The notes under the pieces are model-generated. The model did no database searches. It saw only the letters and a program-made list of their open reading frames with translations, and was not told where the DNA came from. Source: Clostridia bacterium (GTDB lineage: Bacteria; Bacillota; Clostridia; SK-Y3). Taken from it: a stretch of DNA of 32,000 bases. The first letter of the stretch is position 1. Each line of letters starts with the position of its first letter. The position numbers and the translations under genes were made by a program. Below, one piece after another: positions 18,674 to 31,275 of this stretch. The stretch spans positions 93,206-125,205 of the forward strand of contig CAXXDC010000001.1 in the NCBI GenBank assembly GCA_963662695.2. Direction: 5' to 3'.

Positions 18674-18749
18674 AGTAGAACATCATTTTTTTTGTAATTG
18701 GTATGATTAATTATAATCATAATAACAGCGTTAAAAAAGGAGGAAGAAA

Positions 18750-21209
18750 GTGGTGTATAAAGATTCAACAAAACCAATGCAACAAAGGGTAAATGATTTG
18801 CTTCAGAGAATGACACTAGAAGAAAAGGTTGCTCAGCTATATTGTATGGTAACAATGGGAAATGCTGATGTTATTAATAATCTAAAGGAGTCTTCAAAGG
18901 ATGGACTTGGAACATTTAGTTATTTAAATAGTTCATTAACTGGAAATAACGAAAAAGATATTGAAACACTTAAAAAGATTCAGCAATATTTTGTTGAAGA
19001 AACGAGATTGGGGATTCCAGTACTGGTACACAATGAAGGAATTGCTGGTGCACAAATACCAGGTGCGACTACTTTTCCACAGTCACTCAATGTGGCATCA
19101 ACTTGGGAGCCAGAATTGGCAAACAAAATGGGTGAGGGTGTAAAAAAACAATTAATGGCATATGGGATTAAGGCAGTACATTCACCACTATTCGATTTAG
19201 GAAGAGATCCTCGCTGGGGGAGAATAGGCGAAACTTATGGTGAAGACCCATATTTAGTTGCCCAAATGGGAACAAATTTTGTAAAAGGTATTCAGGGGAA
19301 TAATAAAGTAATGGCAGCAGCTAAACACTTTGTTGGCTATGGAAATACTGAAGGTGGAAGAAATGGTGGAGAACAGCAAATTGGTGAAAGAAAACTATTT
19401 GACTCATACTGTTTTCCTTTTGAAGCGGCAATCAATGAGGCAAATGTGATGGGGATCATGAATAGCTATGGTATATTGAATGAGGAAGCAGTATCCACAT
19501 CAAAATGGTTACTTACAGATGTTTTGAGAGATAAACTTGGATTTGACGGTTTGGTTGTTGCAGATTATGGAAGTGTTAGTCATGCTAATGCGCGATATAG
19601 AGTGACGGAAAGCCAGAAAGACACAGCTATAATGGCACTTAAAGCAGGTATGGATGTTGAACAGCCTAATAATAGGTGTTATCAATATTTGGTTGAAGCT
19701 GTCAAGAATGGAGAAATAGAAGAAAGCTATGTCGATCGGTCTGTTAGACGCGTATTAGAGACGAAATTTAAATTAGGCTTATTTGAAAATCCATATGGAG
19801 AAGGAGACTTTAACGAAGAAATAAATAATAAACAGTATCAAGCATTATCTCAAGAAATAGCTGAAAAATCGATTGTAATGGTTAAAAATCAAGATAACAC
19901 TTTGCCACTGAATAAACAACTTAGAATAGCACTTATAGGTCCATCGTCCGATACAAAAGTAAATTTCTTTGGGGGATATTCATCTGTTAGTACAGCGAAT
20001 ACAACAAGTGGTGATTTTGATAGATCAGAGGACGATAATTATATAAAGATGGCGTATCAAACGGCAATCACAGAGTATAAGGATATGTTGAAATCAGTGG
20101 GGATAGTTTTTGAAGATCAACCTACGCCAGAACAAAAAGAAAAAATAATAGCAATGATGAAGCATAACAAAGCATCATCAGATAAAGAATATAGTTCACC
20201 TGAAGAATTTTTGGAAAAATATTATCCAACTTGTAAATCAATAAAAGAAGTTTTAGAAAAACAGTTGGGTAAAGAAAATATTTTACATGCTAAAGGTTGT
20301 GAAATAAAGGAAGCTATCAATGGTGGAATAGAAAAAGTAAAAGAAGTTGTTAAAGGGGCAGATATTGTTATTGCAGTTTTAGGCGGAAGAGAAAGTATGA
20401 GAGATCCTGATGCGACATGTGGTGAAAATAAAGACAATATTAATATCAATCTTGAAAAACCACAGATAGAAATGATGGAAGAGGTATTTAAACTTGATAA
20501 ACCTGTTATTTCGGTGATAGTAGATGGTAGACCATTAGCAACACCTGAAATTAGTGAAAGGAGTAAAGCCGTATTGTATGCATGGCTACCTGCGCAGACA
20601 GGTGCACAAGCGATTGTTAATACGCTTACAGGAAACAGCGTACCGAGTGGGAAGTTACCTGTGACCATCGTCAAAGATAAAGGTCAAATTCCTATGTATC
20701 ACAGTAGATTGCCATTCTTTGTGAATATTGATGAATGGGCTGAATATATTGATCATGATAAAAATGCACCCCTCTATCCATTTGGGCATGGATTAAGCTA
20801 TACCAAATTTGAATATAGCGATTTAAGTGTAGATAAAAGTGTTCAGCCTGATGGAGACTTTACAGTGAGTTTCAAAATAAAGAATATAGGTAAATATAAA
20901 GCTGATGAGGTTGCACAGGTATATATAAGGGATTGTGTTAGCAGTGTTGCTAGACCAGTAAAACAGCTCGTGGGGTTTGCTAGGGTTACTCTTGACGTGG
21001 GTGAAATAAAAGAAGTAATCTGTAAAATTAATATGAGACAGTTGGCATTTCATGATTTAAATATGGAACAAGTTGTAGAGCCAGGAAATATGGAGGTGTT
21101 CATCGGTGCATCTTCACAAGACCTCCGATTACAAGATACATTTGAAATAGTTGGAGATAAAATTATCGTAGAGAGAAAGAGTTTTTCCTCAAAAGTAACA
21201 ATAAAATAG
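18750..21209 (+). CDS. GH3-family beta-glucosidase/exo-glycosidase (cytoplasmic, with Fn3-like C-terminal domain)
   Basis: Motifs are MTLEEKVAQL, SPLFDLGRDPRWGRIGETYGEDPYL, KHFVGYG, the nucleophile region GFDGLVVADYGS and the C-terminal PLYPFGHGLSYTKFEYS. The GTG start has an AAGGAGG RBS (18737-18743) 6 nt upstream. There is no signal peptide. Confidence 0.9.
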   Translation: MVYKDSTKPMQQRVNDLLQRMTLEEKVAQLYCMVTMGNADVINNLKESSKDGLGTFSYLNSSLTGNNEKDIETLKKIQQYFVEETRLGIPVLVHNEGIAGAQIPGATTFPQSLNVASTWEPELANKMGEGVKKQLMAYGIKAVHSPLFDLGRDPRWGRIGETYGEDPYLVAQMGTNFVKGIQGNNKVMAAAKHFVGYGNTEGGRNGGEQQIGERKLFDSYCFPFEAAINEANVMGIMNSYGILNEEAVSTSKWLLTDVLRDKLGFDGLVVADYGSVSHANARYRVTESQKDTAIMALKAGMDVEQPNNRCYQYLVEAVKNGEIEESYVDRSVRRVLETKFKLGLFENPYGEGDFNEEINNKQYQALSQEIAEKSIVMVKNQDNTLPLNKQLRIALIGPSSDTKVNFFGGYSSVSTANTTSGDFDRSEDDNYIKMAYQTAITEYKDMLKSVGIVFEDQPTPEQKEKIIAMMKHNKASSDKEYSSPEEFLEKYYPTCKSIKEVLEKQLGKENILHAKGCEIKEAINGGIEKVKEVVKGADIVIAVLGGRESMRDPDATCGENKDNININLEKPQIEMMEEVFKLDKPVISVIVDGRPLATPEISERSKAVLYAWLPAQTGAQAIVNTLTGNSVPSGKLPVTIVKDKGQIPMYHSRLPFFVNIDEWAEYIDHDKNAPLYPFGHGLSYTKFEYSDLSVDKSVQPDGDFTVSFKIKNIGKYKADEVAQVYIRDCVSSVARPVKQLVGFARVTLDVGEIKEVICKINMRQLAFHDLNMEQVVEPGNMEVFIGASSQDLRLQDTFEIVGDKIIVERKSFSSKVTIK

Positions 21210-21224
21210 ATATAATAATTATTA

Positions 21225-21266
21225 GCCGCTACACTTTTTAAATGTTGTAGTTGTAGCGGTTTTTTA
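21225..21266 (+). terminator. Rho-independent terminator after the GH3 gene
   Basis: gccgctaca (21225-21233) pairs with tgtagcggt (21252-21260), followed by a T run. Confidence 0.7.
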
Positions 21267-21359
21267 AATATCAAAAAACACTAATTTGTTACTATGAATT
21301 AACACTGACACTTTTAGGACACTGGTAATTGTTATTATAAAAATATATACTTATGATAA

Positions 21360-24584
<3,225 letters not shown>

Positions 24585-24597
24585 GGAAAATATTTAT

Positions 24598-24644
24598 CCC
24601 TTTATAATGTTAGTTTATTTAACATTATAAAGGGGTGTTTTTTT
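24598..24644 (+). terminator. Rho-independent terminator after the GH2 gene
   Basis: A 15-bp perfect stem, ccctttataatgtta (24598-24612) with taacattataaaggg (24620-24634), a 7-nt loop and T7 (24638-24644). Confidence 0.85.
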
Positions 24645-24679
24645 ATGTTATAATAAATATTAAATAAACAAGCAGCAAT

Positions 24680-25493
24680 ATGTTTGGAAAAGGAAGAAGT
24701 ATGATGGGAATTATCGGTGAATATTTTACAATACAAAAAATGATAGAAGCGCATATTAAAAATTCATATCGGTTTATGGATGATGATGGAAGGTACATCA
24801 GTACTAAAAAGATAATTCAGATGCGTTCTAACGATTTTGAAGATTTTTTTTTAGATAGGTTGCCCAGATATAATCATGTGAGCCCTCAACCAATTCTTCA
24901 CAGACATAACTACATTGAGTTTATTTACGTATATAGTGGAAAGCTCGTTCAAATTATTAATAAAGAAAGAAAAATATATTATAAAGGCGATGTATGTATA
25001 TTAGATTATAATACTCTTCATGCAGAGATCAATGAACGCGGAGAGGATGATATAATAATTTTTTTTGGTATGTCTAAAAAATTTTTTAATAAAAGGTTAT
25101 TTAATAAGAATATTTTCAATTTTAATTAGTCAATATGAATTCAACTTAAGTATTGAAGAAATTGAAAAGATTGAAGATAAAGTATCCATTGAAATTAATG
25201 AATATATTAATGAAAATTTGAATAATGTATCCAGAAAAAAATTAGGCGAGATTTTTCATTTTGATTCTGGTCATATCAATAAGATTATCAAGAGAAACAC
25301 AGGGAAAACATATTCGCAATATCTTTTGGACATTAGGATGGAGAAAGCGATTGCGCTACTCAATAATACTAGTAAATCAATCAACAGGATTATTGAGGAA
25401 ATTGGATATACGAATAAAAGTTATTTTTATAAAGTATTCAAAGATATCTATGGTATGACACCTCAAGAGTACAGAAGAAGAGGTAATATTTAA
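24680..25493 (+). pseudogene. AraC/XylS-family regulator (cupin sensor plus HTH) interrupted by a +1 frame change
   Basis: The first ORF (24680-25129) encodes a cupin/AraC_binding domain (HRHNYIEFIYVYSGK...GDVCILDYNTLHAE). The second (25065-25493, in the +1 frame) encodes the AraC double HTH (...IIEEIGYTNKSYFYKVFKDIYGMTPQEY) but has no ATG or RBS of its own. The second frame is open only from 25059. The likely true start is ATG 24701 (AGGA 6 nt upstream). Confidence 0.7.
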
Positions 25494-25559
25494 TAAGTTT
25501 GTAAGACCACTAAACTTTCTATATCGTTCAGAGATTTTCATAATGTTTTTAAGTTTTAC

Positions 25560-25588
25560 TTGATATTTTTAACAATATATATTATACT
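25560..25588 (+). promoter_or_regulatory. Probable SigA promoter of the fapR-plsX-fab operon
   Basis: TTGATA (25560-25565), a 17-nt spacer, then TATACT (25583-25588). Confidence 0.55.
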
Positions 25589-25603
25589 GATTATGATTTT
25601 AAT

Positions 25604-25620
25604 TTAGTACCAGGTAATAA
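25604..25620 (+). promoter_or_regulatory. FapR operator (17-bp inverted repeat)
   Basis: TTAGTACC-A-GGTAATAA has arms complementary at 7 of 8 positions. It matches the TTAGTACC...GGTACTAA-type FapR box known from Bacillus/Staphylococcus fap promoters. It lies about 16 nt downstream of the -10 hexamer. Confidence 0.7.
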
Positions 25621-25647
25621 TACCATATGATAAAACGAGGTGTTTGT

Positions 25648-26214
25648 ATGGCAAAGATTTCTTCAAAGAAGCTAAGACAGCAAAATTTAAAAGAACAATT
25701 AGAGTCACAACCGTTCTTGACAGATGAAGAGCTGGCTGAAGAATTTAAAGTAAGTGTACCTACAATTCGCCTTGATAGGTTAGAACTTAGGATTCCAGAA
25801 TTAAGAGAACGAATAAAAAATGTTGCTGAACAGACACATAACAAAGTGAGATCAATACAAAGTCAGGAAATTGTAGGAGAGTTAGTAGAGCTTAATCTTG
25901 GGACTAGTGGTATATCAATATTGGAAACCGATCATGATATGGTATTTGAAAAAACAAAAATTGTAAGAGGGCATTTTATTTATTCTTTTGCCGAGACATT
26001 ATCAATTGCTGTGATTGATGCAAATGTTGCACTGATTGGGGTAGCTAACATCAAATATATAAGTCCTGTCTATGCAGGTGCTAAGTTAATAGCAAAAGCG
26101 GAAGTCCGAAGAATGAAAGATAATAAATACATTGTCTGGGTAAAAATAAATGAGAAACAGATTGAAGTCTTTAGAGGGAAATTTATTCTTGTTTCACTAG
26201 ACCCTGAAAATTAA
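25648..26214 (+). CDS. fapR: Fatty acid/phospholipid biosynthesis repressor FapR
   Basis: [40 protein letters not shown] is nearly identical to the B. subtilis FapR HTH segment, and the C-terminus is a hot-dog thioesterase-like fold. The start is set at ATG 25648 (GAGGTG upstream), but ATG 25627 is possible. Confidence 0.88.
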   Translation: MAKISSKKLRQQNLKEQLESQPFLTDEELAEEFKVSVPTIRLDRLELRIPELRERIKNVAEQTHNKVRSIQSQEIVGELVELNLGTSGISILETDHDMVFEKTKIVRGHFIYSFAETLSIAVIDANVALIGVANIKYISPVYAGAKLIAKAEVRRMKDNKYIVWVKINEKQIEVFRGKFILVSLDPEN

Positions 26215-26228
26215 CTGGAGGTATATAA

Positions 26229-27233
26229 ATGCGTATTATAGTTGATGCAATGGGTGGAGACAATGCTCCAAAGGAGATTGTTAAAGGAAGTATTCAAGCT
26301 ATAAATGATATTGATATAGAAATTATATTTACTGGTAAAGAAGAACTTATAAAAAAAGAACTCGATAAATTTAAGTATCCAACAGATAAGGTGCATATTG
26401 TACATACTGATGAAATTATTACAAGTGATGATATTCCAACAAAAGCGATCAGATCGAAGAAGAATTCTTCATTAGTTGTTGGATTGAAAATGTTAAAAAA
26501 AGATGAAGGAGATGCGTTTATCTCTGCTGGCAATTCAGGCGCCTTATTGGCAGGGTCATTATTATGTGTTGGCAGGATAAAGGGCATCGATCGTCCGGCA
26601 TTGACGCCCGTTATTCCTACTGAAACAGGGGGGGCACTCCTTGTAGATGCAGGCGCAAATACCAATTGTAAACCGATTAATCTCCTTCAGTTTGGGATTA
26701 TGGGTTCTGCATATATGAAGAAAGTAATGGGAATAACTTCTCCTAGAGTGGGGTTAGTGAATGTTGGCGATGAAGCTGGAAAAGGCCCCGATATGATAAA
26801 AGAAGCTTTTTCATTGCTAGAAGATACACCACTTAATTTTGTTGGTAATATTGAGGCAAGGGATCTTCCAGAAGGAGTTGCTGATGTCATTGTATGTGAT
26901 GGATTTGTAGGGAATGTTATATTGAAGTTTATGGAAGGAATGGGAGGATATTTGTTGAGCCATGTAAAACAACTGTTCACAAAGAATATCATATCCTACC
27001 TTAGTGCTTTGTTAATTAAAGGAAATTTAAAAGCATTTAAAAAGAAAATGGACTATAAAGAATATGGTGGCGCACCTTTGCTGGGAATTAATGGTGTTGT
27101 AGTAAAGTCACATGGTAGTTCAGATGCAAAAGCATTTTATTATGCCCTCATTCAGGCTAACAGATTTGCTGAAATGGGTGTAATTGATGAGATAAAGACC
27201 TATATTTCCGAGAGAGGAGAGGAGAAATCTTGA
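26229..27233 (+). CDS. plsX: Phosphate acyltransferase PlsX
   Basis: Motifs are MRIIVDAMGGDNAP, SAGNSGALLA, DAGAN and VKSHGSSDA. Confidence 0.95.
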   Translation: MRIIVDAMGGDNAPKEIVKGSIQAINDIDIEIIFTGKEELIKKELDKFKYPTDKVHIVHTDEIITSDDIPTKAIRSKKNSSLVVGLKMLKKDEGDAFISAGNSGALLAGSLLCVGRIKGIDRPALTPVIPTETGGALLVDAGANTNCKPINLLQFGIMGSAYMKKVMGITSPRVGLVNVGDEAGKGPDMIKEAFSLLEDTPLNFVGNIEARDLPEGVADVIVCDGFVGNVILKFMEGMGGYLLSHVKQLFTKNIISYLSALLIKGNLKAFKKKMDYKEYGGAPLLGINGVVVKSHGSSDAKAFYYALIQANRFAEMGVIDEIKTYISERGEEKS

Positions 27234-28228
27234 ACGCAGGAATTGTTGGTATAGGGAGCTATGTCCCTGAGAAAACATTAACTAATTATGATTTAGAAAA
27301 AATGGTTGATACATCCAATGATTGGATTGTAACTAGAACAGGGATTGAACAAAGAAGAATAGCCAGTGATAATGAATATACATCTGATTTGGCTGCAAAA
27401 GCAGCTTCAAAAGCTATAGAGAGTGCTGGTATGTTACCCGAAGAAATTGAACTTATAATTTTAGCTACTATTACGCCAGATATGTTTACACCTTCCACTG
27501 CTTGTATTGTTCAAAAAAAGATAGGTGCAGTGAATGCAGTCGCTTTTGATATGGGTGCAGCTTGTTCTGGATTTGTGTATGGTTTGAGTATTGCAAATCA
27601 GTTTATAAAAACAGGTCATTATAAAAATGTATTAGTAATAGGTGCTGAGGCATTATCTAAAATTGTTGATTGGAAAGATAGAAATACGTGTATACTCTTT
27701 GGTGATGGTGCAGGTGCAGTATTATTAAAAGCTGTTGACGAACCGTACGGTATTCTTTCTACATATGAAGGATCCGATGGTTCAAAAGGAGATGTACTTA
27801 CGACTCCTGCACTTCATTTGGAGGAAAATGAAGTGGCAAAACGTGATATTGCTAATCCGAGAACATTATGGATGGATGGTACAGAAGTATTTAAATTTGC
27901 AGTCAAAATAATGATAAAAGCAACTAAAAAAGTATTGAGTAATGTAAACATGACGGTAGAGGAACTTGATATGATCGTACCTCATCAGGCAAATATCAGA
28001 ATTATTGATAGTGCAGCGAAGAGATTAAAGTTTGATAAAGAAAAAATCTATACCAATTTACAGAAGTATGGCAATATGTCAGCGGCATCGATACCAGTTG
28101 CACTTGATGAAGTAGTGAAACAAGGCAAACTGAAGGATGATGATGTTATTGTATTAGTAGGTTTTGGCGGTGGATTAACATGGGGTTCTGTAGTATTGAA
28201 ATGGAAGAATTGGGGAGGTAAGTCATGA
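27230..28228 (+). CDS. fabH: 3-oxoacyl-ACP synthase III (FabH)
   Basis: Motifs are the active-site AFDMGAACSGFVYGL, VPHQANIRI and GNMSAASIP. The TTG start overlaps the plsX stop (ATCTTGA), with a GGAGAGGAG RBS. Confidence 0.95.
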   Translation: MNAGIVGIGSYVPEKTLTNYDLEKMVDTSNDWIVTRTGIEQRRIASDNEYTSDLAAKAASKAIESAGMLPEEIELIILATITPDMFTPSTACIVQKKIGAVNAVAFDMGAACSGFVYGLSIANQFIKTGHYKNVLVIGAEALSKIVDWKDRNTCILFGDGAGAVLLKAVDEPYGILSTYEGSDGSKGDVLTTPALHLEENEVAKRDIANPRTLWMDGTEVFKFAVKIMIKATKKVLSNVNMTVEELDMIVPHQANIRIIDSAAKRLKFDKEKIYTNLQKYGNMSAASIPVALDEVVKQGKLKDDDVIVLVGFGGGLTWGSVVLKWKNWGGKS

Positions 28229-29172
28229 GAACAAAACTATGTGAGTTATTAGGCATAGAGACACCAATCATACAAGGCGGTATGGCATGGATTTCTACAG
28301 CTGAATTGGCAGCTGCTGTGTCTAACAGTGGTGGACTAGGACTTATAGCGGCAGGGCATGCACCGGCTGAGTGGGTTAGGAATGAGATTATAAAAGCTAA
28401 AGAATTAACTGATAAACCATTTGGTGTGAATGTCATGCTTATGTCTCCTTTTGTTGATGAAGTGATGGATGTAATATATGAAGAAAGAGTACCAGTCATT
28501 GCAACCGGAGCAGGAAACCCTGGCAAATATATAAAAAGGTTTAAATCAATAGGAACCAAGGTTATTCCAGTTGTACCATCTGTTGCATTAGCGAAAAGGA
28601 TGGAAAAAGAAGGTGCTGATGCGGTCATTGCGGAAGGTACAGAGTCAGGAGGACATGTTGGTGAGCTTACTACAATGGTTTTGGTTCCACAAGTAGTGGA
28701 TGCAGTAAGTATTCCAGTTATTGCTGCTGGTGGGATAGCTGATAGCAGGGCTGTAGTAGCTTCTTTAGCTCTAGGTGCAGAAGGTGTACAGATTGGCACA
28801 AGATTCTTATGTTCAACAGAATGTATAGTCCACGAGGATTATAAAAAGTCAGTTATTAAGGCAAAAGATAGAGATACAGTTGTATCAGGGCGTTCAACTG
28901 GACATCCGGTTCGTACGATAAAAAATAAACTGACAAGAGAGTATGCTAAGCTTGAAGCGAGCGGGGCATCTGTTGAAGAACTTGAAAAAATCGGTGAAGG
29001 AAAACTACGTGCTGCAGCTGTTGATGGAGATATGAAAGAAGGTTCAGTGATGTCTGGACAAATTGCGGGATTAATCAGTGATATTAAGCCGTGTAAAGAG
29101 ATTATATCAGACCTTATGCATCATACATGCGAAGTCATAAATAGAATAGAAAATATATGTGGAGGGAATTAA
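28225..29172 (+). CDS. fabK: Enoyl-ACP reductase II, FMN-dependent (FabK)
   Basis: LLGIETPIIQGGMAWIS...VIAEGTESGGHVG...PVIAAGGIADSR shows an NMO/FabK fold. The gene sits between fabH and fabD, with an ATGA overlap with fabH. Confidence 0.9.
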   Translation: MRTKLCELLGIETPIIQGGMAWISTAELAAAVSNSGGLGLIAAGHAPAEWVRNEIIKAKELTDKPFGVNVMLMSPFVDEVMDVIYEERVPVIATGAGNPGKYIKRFKSIGTKVIPVVPSVALAKRMEKEGADAVIAEGTESGGHVGELTTMVLVPQVVDAVSIPVIAAGGIADSRAVVASLALGAEGVQIGTRFLCSTECIVHEDYKKSVIKAKDRDTVVSGRSTGHPVRTIKNKLTREYAKLEASGASVEELEKIGEGKLRAAAVDGDMKEGSVMSGQIAGLISDIKPCKEIISDLMHHTCEVINRIENICGGN

Positions 29173-29173
29173 T

Positions 29174-30109
29174 ATGGGTAAAGTTGCATTTGTTTTTCCA
29201 GGTCAGGGAGCTCAGACTGTAGGCATGGGTAAAGAACTTGCAGATCATTTTCCTGTGGCTAAAAAAGTTTTTGAAGAAGCATCTAAAGCACTAGGATATG
29301 ATATTGAGGCAATGATTTTTGATGGTGATGAAGAGACACTGAAAATTACTGAAAATACACAACCTACAATATTAACAACAACGATAGCATGTTTAGAGGT
29401 GTTGAAGGAAAAAGGTATTCAAGCTGATGTGGTTGCTGGATTAAGCTTAGGTGAATATGCGGCACATGTAGCAGCAGGTAGTTTAGATTTTGCAGATGCA
29501 GTTAAGCTTGTCAGAAAAAGAGGAAAGTATATGCAGGAAGCTGTACCAATTGGTGTAGGAACAATGGCAGCAATTGTTGCATTAAGTACCGAAGAAGTAC
29601 TTGATTGTTGTGAGCAGGCAAAGGAAGTTGGTATTGTTGAACCAGCAAACTATAACTGCCCTGGACAAATTGTTATCGCAGGTGAAGTAGCAGCGATAGA
29701 AAAGGCATGTGAAATTGCAAAGGAAAAAGGAGCAAAAAGAGCTTTGATATTACCAGTGAGTGCACCCTTTCACTGTAGTATGTTAAAACCAGCTGGTGAA
29801 AAACTGGCGAAAGAATTAGATTGTATTGAAATGAAGGAAATGAATATTCCAGTTATTGCAAATGTAAATGCTGAATATATAGAGAACAAGGGACAAATAA
29901 AAGAGTTATTAGTTGAACAAGTAAGTAGTAGTGTAAGATGGGAAGAAAGTGTTAGAAAAATGATAGCAGATGGTGTGGATACTTTTATTGAAGTTGGTCC
30001 AGGTAAAGCATTAAGTAGTTTTCTTAGAAAGATTGATAAAAGCTGTACGATGCTAAATGTACAGGATATGGCATCTTTAGAGAAGACTTTAAGTAAACTG
30101 GAGGGATAA
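29174..30109 (+). CDS. fabD: Malonyl CoA-ACP transacylase (FabD)
   Basis: Motifs are FVFPGQGAQTVGMG, the active site GLSLGEYAA and VSAPFHCSML. ATG 29174 has a GGAGGG RBS, and the track start at 29159 lies inside fabK. Confidence 0.95.
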   Translation: MGKVAFVFPGQGAQTVGMGKELADHFPVAKKVFEEASKALGYDIEAMIFDGDEETLKITENTQPTILTTTIACLEVLKEKGIQADVVAGLSLGEYAAHVAAGSLDFADAVKLVRKRGKYMQEAVPIGVGTMAAIVALSTEEVLDCCEQAKEVGIVEPANYNCPGQIVIAGEVAAIEKACEIAKEKGAKRALILPVSAPFHCSMLKPAGEKLAKELDCIEMKEMNIPVIANVNAEYIENKGQIKELLVEQVSSSVRWEESVRKMIADGVDTFIEVGPGKALSSFLRKIDKSCTMLNVQDMASLEKTLSKLEG

Positions 30110-30112
30110 TAG

Positions 30113-30856
30113 ATGAATCTTCAAGGTAAAACTGCTATTGTGACTGGAGGAAGTCGTGGCATTGGAAAAGGGATCGCATTAAAATTAGCAGAATTAGGTG
30201 CAAATGTAGTCATCAATTATACATCTTCATTAGTTACTGCAGAAGAAACAGCAGCAGAGATAAATAAGAGTGGTGGATCAGCCATTATATTTAAAGCCAA
30301 TGTTAGAAATGCTGATGAGGTAAAAGAACTAATCCAAAGTACCAAGGAGAAATTTGGTTCTATTGATATACTCATTAATAATGCAGGGATAACTAGAGAT
30401 ATGCTACTCATGAAGATGAGTGAACAGGATTGGGATGATGTATTAGATATCAATCTTAAAGGTGCCTTTAACTGTATCAAAGCTGTTACAAGAATTATGA
30501 TGAAACAGCGTGCAGGGAAAATCGTTAATGTGTCTTCAGTTGTAGGTGTGATGGGTAATGTTGGTCAAGCGAATTATGCTGCGTCAAAGGCTGGACTCAT
30601 AGGATTAACAAAATCTGTTGCAAAAGAATTAGCTGCGAGAAATATCAATTGTAATGCGATTGCACCAGGGTTTATCAATACAGAAATGACTGATAAAATT
30701 CCAGAAAATATTCAAAAAACATATGTAAACAGCATCCCGTTTAAACGGTTTGGGACACCGGAAGATGTGGCAAATGCTGTGGCATTTTTAGTTTCTGATC
30801 AGTCAAAATATATAACAGGTCAAGTTTTACATATTGACGGCGGGCTTGTTATGTAA
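30113..30856 (+). CDS. fabG: 3-oxoacyl-ACP reductase (FabG, SDR)
   Basis: Motifs are TGGSRGIGKGIA, NNAGI and the catalytic Y-x3-K YAASKAGLIGLTKS. Confidence 0.95.
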   Translation: MNLQGKTAIVTGGSRGIGKGIALKLAELGANVVINYTSSLVTAEETAAEINKSGGSAIIFKANVRNADEVKELIQSTKEKFGSIDILINNAGITRDMLLMKMSEQDWDDVLDINLKGAFNCIKAVTRIMMKQRAGKIVNVSSVVGVMGNVGQANYAASKAGLIGLTKSVAKELAARNINCNAIAPGFINTEMTDKIPENIQKTYVNSIPFKRFGTPEDVANAVAFLVSDQSKYITGQVLHIDGGLVM

Positions 30857-30924
30857 TATTATCTTAGTGTAATAAAATTAATATATTACATAATTACTTT
30901 TTTTGGAAGGAGGTGAATGCGACT

Positions 30925-31149
30925 ATGTTGGATAAAATTAAAGAAATTATTGTAGATCAATTAGGTGTTGATGAAGATGATGTGAAATTAGAAGCTTCAT
31001 TTATTGATGATTTAGGTGCGGATTCATTGGATATTGTAGAGCTTATTATGGCTCTTGAGGAAGAATTCGATATGGAAATTCCTGATGAAGAGGCTGAAAA
31101 GATTTCTACTGTTGGTAATGTAGTAGATTACATCAAAGCTAATTCGTAA
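30925..31149 (+). CDS. acpP: Acyl carrier protein
   Basis: [20 protein letters not shown] contains the phosphopantetheinyl Ser in DSLD. ATG 30925 is 11 nt after GGAGG, and the track GTG 30913 overlaps the RBS. Confidence 0.95.
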   Translation: MLDKIKEIIVDQLGVDEDDVKLEASFIDDLGADSLDIVELIMALEEEFDMEIPDEEAEKISTVGNVVDYIKANS

Positions 31150-31158
31150 ATAATGCTT

Positions 31159-31185
31159 AAAAAGTCCCGCTAAGCGGGACTTTTT
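31159..31185 (+). terminator. Rho-independent terminator after acpP
   Basis: aaaaaGTCCCGC-taa-GCGGGACttttt is a GC-rich 7-bp stem (31164-31170 with 31174-31180) extended by A5/T5. Confidence 0.9.
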
Positions 31186-31275
31186 AACAATATTTATCAA
31201 TGATTATATGACTAACGCTTATGCTTTATATATATACTTAAATTTAAAATGTTATGAAAGAGGGGGAAAGACCCA

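Noticed and set aside
20222-20674. A 150-aa minus-strand ORF inside the GH3 gene. Similar antisense ORFs occur at 7824-8204, 11453-11734, 26294-26665 and 26687-26992, among others.
   Set aside because: All are embedded in confidently assigned genes on the opposite strand, lack RBS and recognisable motifs, and are hydrophobic or low-complexity shadow ORFs.
21278-21323. Three ACACT pentamers (21278, 21302, 21319) upstream of the GH2 gene as a possible regulator site.
   Set aside because: The repeats are short, irregularly spaced (24 and 17 bp) and have little flanking similarity, so they are indistinguishable from chance.
28146-28799. A 217-aa ORF on the minus strand, the longest unexplained ORF in the track.
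   Set aside because: It is entirely antisense to fabH/fabK, whose frames carry unmistakable motifs. Its product is low-complexity (Thr/Ala/Pro/Ser-rich) and it has no RBS. This is a typical shadow ORF opposite a Gly/Ala-rich gene.
30857-30924. A possible second FapR box (TTAGTGTAATAAA...) before acpP.
   Set aside because: Only the TTAGT half-site matches, and there is no complementary GGTAC/ACTAA arm.
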